Position numbers and translations under genes: made by a program. Shown piece after piece: positions 60,829 to 64,000 of a stretch of DNA of 64,000 bases. The stretch's first letter is position 1, and each line of letters begins with the position of its first letter. The DNA is taken from assembly GCA_963668695.2 (NCBI GenBank), contig CAXXLQ010000004.1, positions 3,616,001 to 3,680,000 on the forward strand. Reading direction: 5' to 3'. The DNA comes from Vicinamibacteria bacterium. GTDB taxonomy: Bacteria; Acidobacteriota; Vicinamibacteria; Marinacidobacterales; Marinacidobacteraceae. The notes under the pieces are model-generated. The model saw only the letters and a program-made list of their open reading frames with translations. It was not told where the DNA came from and ran no database searches.

Positions 60829-62238
60829 ATGGTGAGTGCCTCGGTGCCGGCGACAGCGCTCAGTCCAGGGATCCGGCGACCCACCGGGGTCAGGCAGCCC
60901 GGCCAACGCACGCTGTTCGGGGAGACCCGCCTCCCCTCACAATCTCGACCCGGATCGGGGTTTCTCGATCCGGCCTTCGCGTCCAACAAGACCCAGCCGG
61001 TACATCGCTGGGTTCCGTGGATCGCGGGATTCTCGAAACAGTTTGTAGCGGATGCGTTAGACCGCTTCCTACCTACCAAAGGCCGGGTGCTCGATCCGTT
61101 TTCCGGAGTCGGGACAACCCTGCTGGAGGCCGTTTTGGCCGGTCACGACGCCGTGGGCTTCGAGATCAACCCCTACGCCGCATTCGCTTGCCGGACAAAA
61201 CTAGAGGCCTTCACAGCCGACCCGAAGTGCCTCAGAGATCTGGCCAACCAGTTTGTGAGATTCCATGAGCGGAATCAGCATCGGACTCCAAAATCCACGC
61301 CTCCTGCCGGCTTCCGAACCCGGGAAGCGTTTTACAACCCCAAGATCCTCCACAAGGTCCTGTTATCTCTGGACTTCATTGAGGAGATCGCGGATTCACA
61401 GGCCCGGGATCTTTGCCGACTCGCCTTCGCCGCCACGATGGTCTCTTACTCGAACTACTCCTACGAGCCCAGCCTCGGACGGAAGGCGGCGGTCGGCAGA
61501 GTTGCGGCCACTGAATTCCCCGTCGATCAGGCCATCGCAAGCCGGCTTGTGGAAATGTCGGCCGACATCTGCTGGTTTCGTGAACGACAGGGGAATCGGC
61601 GCCCCCGAAGGCGCGTCGTGCTGGACTCGTTCTTCAGCGCCTATCGCCGAGTGTCCGAGGAGTCGGTGGACCTCGTCGTCACATCGCCCCCCTACCTGAA
61701 CAACTACCACTACAACCGCAATACGAGACCCCAGCTCTACTGGCTAGGACTGGTGGAGTCCACTCGAGAGCTGAAGGAAATCGAGCAGCGAAACTTCGGG
61801 AAATTCTGGCAGACCGTCCGCGAGCAGCCGAACGTGGAGCTTGATCCGGACATCACCGATCCAGAGATCATCGACACCCTTGAGGAATTGCGCTCCAAGA
61901 CTCCAGAGAAGGGCACGTACGGCGGGCGGGGTTGGGCCAACTACGCTACGACCTACTTCAACGACTGCCTGCGTTTCGCCCGCGGGGCCCACTGGTGCCT
62001 GAGGCCCGGAGCCTCAGCGCTCGTGGTTATCGGGAACAGCATTCTGCAGGGGGTCCCCATCCCCACGGATCAATTCCTGGCCCGTATCGCCGCAGTAGCG
62101 GGTCTCGAAACCGTCGACATCCACATTCCGCGCAACACGCGAGTCGGCAACAGCATCATCAACTCCGAGGTGCGGGTTGGAGCGGCCAACAAACGAAACC
62201 GGCTCTACGAAGCCGTCGTGGAGCTCAGAAAGCCGTGA
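60829..62238 (+). CDS. Amino-DNA methyltransferase, probably N4-cytosine (alpha motif order)
   Basis: HRWVPWIAGFS, LDPFSGVGTT (motif I), then VTSPPY (motif IV); start uncertain. Confidence 0.85.
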   Translation: MVSASVPATALSPGIRRPTGVRQPGQRTLFGETRLPSQSRPGSGFLDPAFASNKTQPVHRWVPWIAGFSKQFVADALDRFLPTKGRVLDPFSGVGTTLLEAVLAGHDAVGFEINPYAAFACRTKLEAFTADPKCLRDLANQFVRFHERNQHRTPKSTPPAGFRTREAFYNPKILHKVLLSLDFIEEIADSQARDLCRLAFAATMVSYSNYSYEPSLGRKAAVGRVAATEFPVDQAIASRLVEMSADICWFRERQGNRRPRRRVVLDSFFSAYRRVSEESVDLVVTSPPYLNNYHYNRNTRPQLYWLGLVESTRELKEIEQRNFGKFWQTVREQPNVELDPDITDPEIIDTLEELRSKTPEKGTYGGRGWANYATTYFNDCLRFARGAHWCLRPGASALVVIGNSILQGVPIPTDQFLARIAAVAGLETVDIHIPRNTRVGNSIINSEVRVGAANKRNRLYEAVVELRKP

Positions 62239-62280
62239 CCGGCGCATTGTGTTGAGGCCCTGGAGGAGCCCATTTCCGGA

Positions 62281-63135
62281 ATGTCCAGCAAACCCAGCCC
62301 CGCCCTGGAACTAAAGGGTGCGCTTGCTAGACTGAGGAATGAAGTCTCATCCCTCGATGCCGCCAGCCGAGGGCAGATCAGCGACCCAGCTCGCCGCGCC
62401 GCGGAAAAGGAACTGGCCGGCGTCATCGCCCGCGCCGAGAAGCTTCAACGACGATTGGATCCGACTGCTCACCCAGCCTTCGTACTCGACCCGGGGAAGC
62501 CGACCGTTGTCGCCCGTCTGATCGCACTTGTTCTGCTGGCACAGCTTAGAGTCCCTCTAGCAGACACGCAGAAGTCTTACGGCTCTGGGATTTACGCGCT
62601 CTACTATCGTGGGCCCTTCGTGCATTACGCGCCGATCAGCGGATCCGAGACACCGATCTACGTCGGCAAAGCAGAACCGGAGAGGCCAACCGCTGAGACC
62701 CCGGCGAGTCAAGGCATCCGCTTGTCTCGACGCCTGCAGGACCATAAGGGAACCATTCAGGCCGTCGAGTCCGAAGGCACGCTGTTGCTCGCCGATTTCG
62801 AACAGCGATCCCTTGTAATTCAGAGCGGTTGGCAATCCGCAGCCGAGGAGTACCTCATCGGGCTCTTCGGCCCAATCTGGAACAAGGAAACCAAGATCTG
62901 TTATGGCTTCGGCAAGCACGGTGATGCCGCGGAGACGCGGGCCAACAAGCGTTCCCCGTGGGACACTCTTCATCCTGGGCGCCGTTGGGCACATCATGCC
63001 AAGCTCTCGGACGCGCACCCCCAACACGAGATCGTCGAGGGCCTCCGGCAACACTTCCACAATACTCGCGTTTATCAGAACCTAGCCGAGATCGTGGACA
63101 TCTTCATGGGCGACTTCCGACAGTTCAAGCCTTAA
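62281..63135 (+). CDS. Eco29kI-family GIY-YIG restriction endonuclease
   Basis: GSGIYALYY, PIYVGKA, PIWN, GFGKHG, RSPWDTLHPGRRWA. Confidence 0.88.
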   Translation: MSSKPSPALELKGALARLRNEVSSLDAASRGQISDPARRAAEKELAGVIARAEKLQRRLDPTAHPAFVLDPGKPTVVARLIALVLLAQLRVPLADTQKSYGSGIYALYYRGPFVHYAPISGSETPIYVGKAEPERPTAETPASQGIRLSRRLQDHKGTIQAVESEGTLLLADFEQRSLVIQSGWQSAAEEYLIGLFGPIWNKETKICYGFGKHGDAAETRANKRSPWDTLHPGRRWAHHAKLSDAHPQHEIVEGLRQHFHNTRVYQNLAEIVDIFMGDFRQFKP

Positions 63136-63318
63136 CAGCCTGTGGCAAAACCCACGCGGCGTTCGCCCGGCGATGCATCCCCGCTGAACCACTCCGCTTC
63201 GCTCCGTTCTGCGTTGCGTTTCGGTCGCAATACACTCGGTATTCCTCCCTCACGCGCCTTGTCAGCCGGGCGCCTCACCAGGCTCGGCGCTCACGTGGGT
63301 TTCACCACAGGCTGTTAA
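63132..63318. mobile_element. Hairpin MITE-like element, copy K
   Basis: TTAA-CAGCCTGTGGCAAAACCCACG...CGTGGGTTTCACCACAGGCTG-TTAA; left flank is the REase stop. Confidence 0.85.
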
Positions 63319-63325
63319 GCGCAAA

Positions 63326-63668
63326 CGGCTGCGCCGCCCTCCATCACAGCCTGGAGGCCGGCCGCGCGGTGGCGGCCCCCTGCGAAACGGTGTGCGACGG
63401 GGCGGCGGTCCCCTACCTCACCGAGGAGCTCTACCCCGCCCTCGCGGGCCTCGTGGACCGGACCGTGCTGGTGCCGGACGAAGAGACCCTCGCCACCTCA
63501 CGGGACCTCCTTCTCAGCCAGAAAATCCTCACGGAACCCTCCGGCGCGCTGGCGACCGCCGGGGCCCGGATGGTGCCGGCCGGAGAGCGCGGTCTGAGCG
63601 TGGCCATCCTCACCGGCGCCAGCGTCGGCGCGGCGGGAATCCAGCGACTGCTGGATCTCTGAACGCCG
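63326..63668 (+). pseudogene. Duplicated 3' fragment of the dehydratase gene (right copy of the 343-bp repeat)
   Basis: GCAALHHSLEAG...IQRLLDL* with no 5' part. Confidence 0.9.
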
Positions 63669-63698
63669 GCCCTCCCGGCCGAACCTCCAGACTCAAAC

Positions 63699-64000
63699 CT
63701 ACTGGGGAGACAGGACCAAAAAGCCGGCCGCGGCCGCCGCGGCGAGGAGTCGCTGGTCGTAGGCGCAAAAAGCATCGAGCCCCGCAAGCGAAAGCGCCGT
63801 CGCGAGATGAAGGGAGCCGAGGCTCCGCAATCCGACCGGCTCCGCGGTCGCCGCGGCTTCCAGGATCGGTTCGTCCATCGCGACCAGTCCGATCCGGTCC
63901 ATGAGTTCCTCGGCGTAGCGCACCGCGTCGGCGGTCGCGCCCGTCCGCCGGAGCGCCCTCAGGACTTCGACGCGCGCCAGCGCGCTCGACACCCATTCCG
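63699..64000 (-). CDS. VapC/PIN toxin (5' end outside the window)
   Basis: SSALARVEVLRA, LRSLGSLHLATAL, YDQRL. Confidence 0.8.
   Translation of the reverse strand, partial: EWVSSALARVEVLRALRRTGATADAVRYAEELMDRIGLVAMDEPILEAAATAEPVGLRSLGSLHLATALSLAGLDAFCAYDQRLLAAAAAAGFLVLSPQ

Noticed and set aside
62958-63662. 234-aa ORF ending in dehydratase sequence
   Set aside because: Chimera of an off-frame REase tail, element K and the duplicated fragment
1-64000. tRNA, rRNA, riboswitch, transposase or integrase
   Set aside because: None recognised by eye; an Rfam/tRNAscan/HMM scan is needed to exclude them

Overview
High-GC bacterial chromosomal segment. Gene content suggests Acidobacteriota (ADOP permease remnant, TPR-secretin, PEGA/FHA/NHL cluster); this is an inference. 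The left third is core: secretin, mpl/ldcA peptidoglycan recycling, thiE-like, rplS-trmD-rimM-rpsP, era, CBS/hemolysin-ybeY-7TM-HD-phoH, aspS, TonB, EVE. The remainder is accessory: a dispersed hydantoin/N-carbamoyl amino acid catabolic set (hydantoinase A-like, DUF917, AroM, OPT, polar amino-acid ABC transporter, carbamoylase, dihydropyrimidinase), five toxin-antitoxin loci (two with broken toxins), an orphan methyltransferase with a XamI-type endonuclease stub, and an MTase plus Eco29kI-type R-M pair between 343-bp direct repeats. The most unusual signal is non-coding: a layered set of repeats. (1) A MITE/ERIC-like hairpin family sits at YTAR sites, often on stop codons. Its arms covary and fold on one strand only. 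One locus is a triple nest and one copy disrupts a RelE toxin with a CTAA duplication. (2) A REP/REPIN-like family. (3) A ~20-bp non-palindromic motif, GCCCCCACCGGGAGAACTGG, occurs in about 23 copies inserted at several different positions inside the other repeats. There is also a 32/33-bp CTAGTAGCA array. No transposase, tRNA, rRNA or CRISPR was recognised. All counts and alignments were done by eye.
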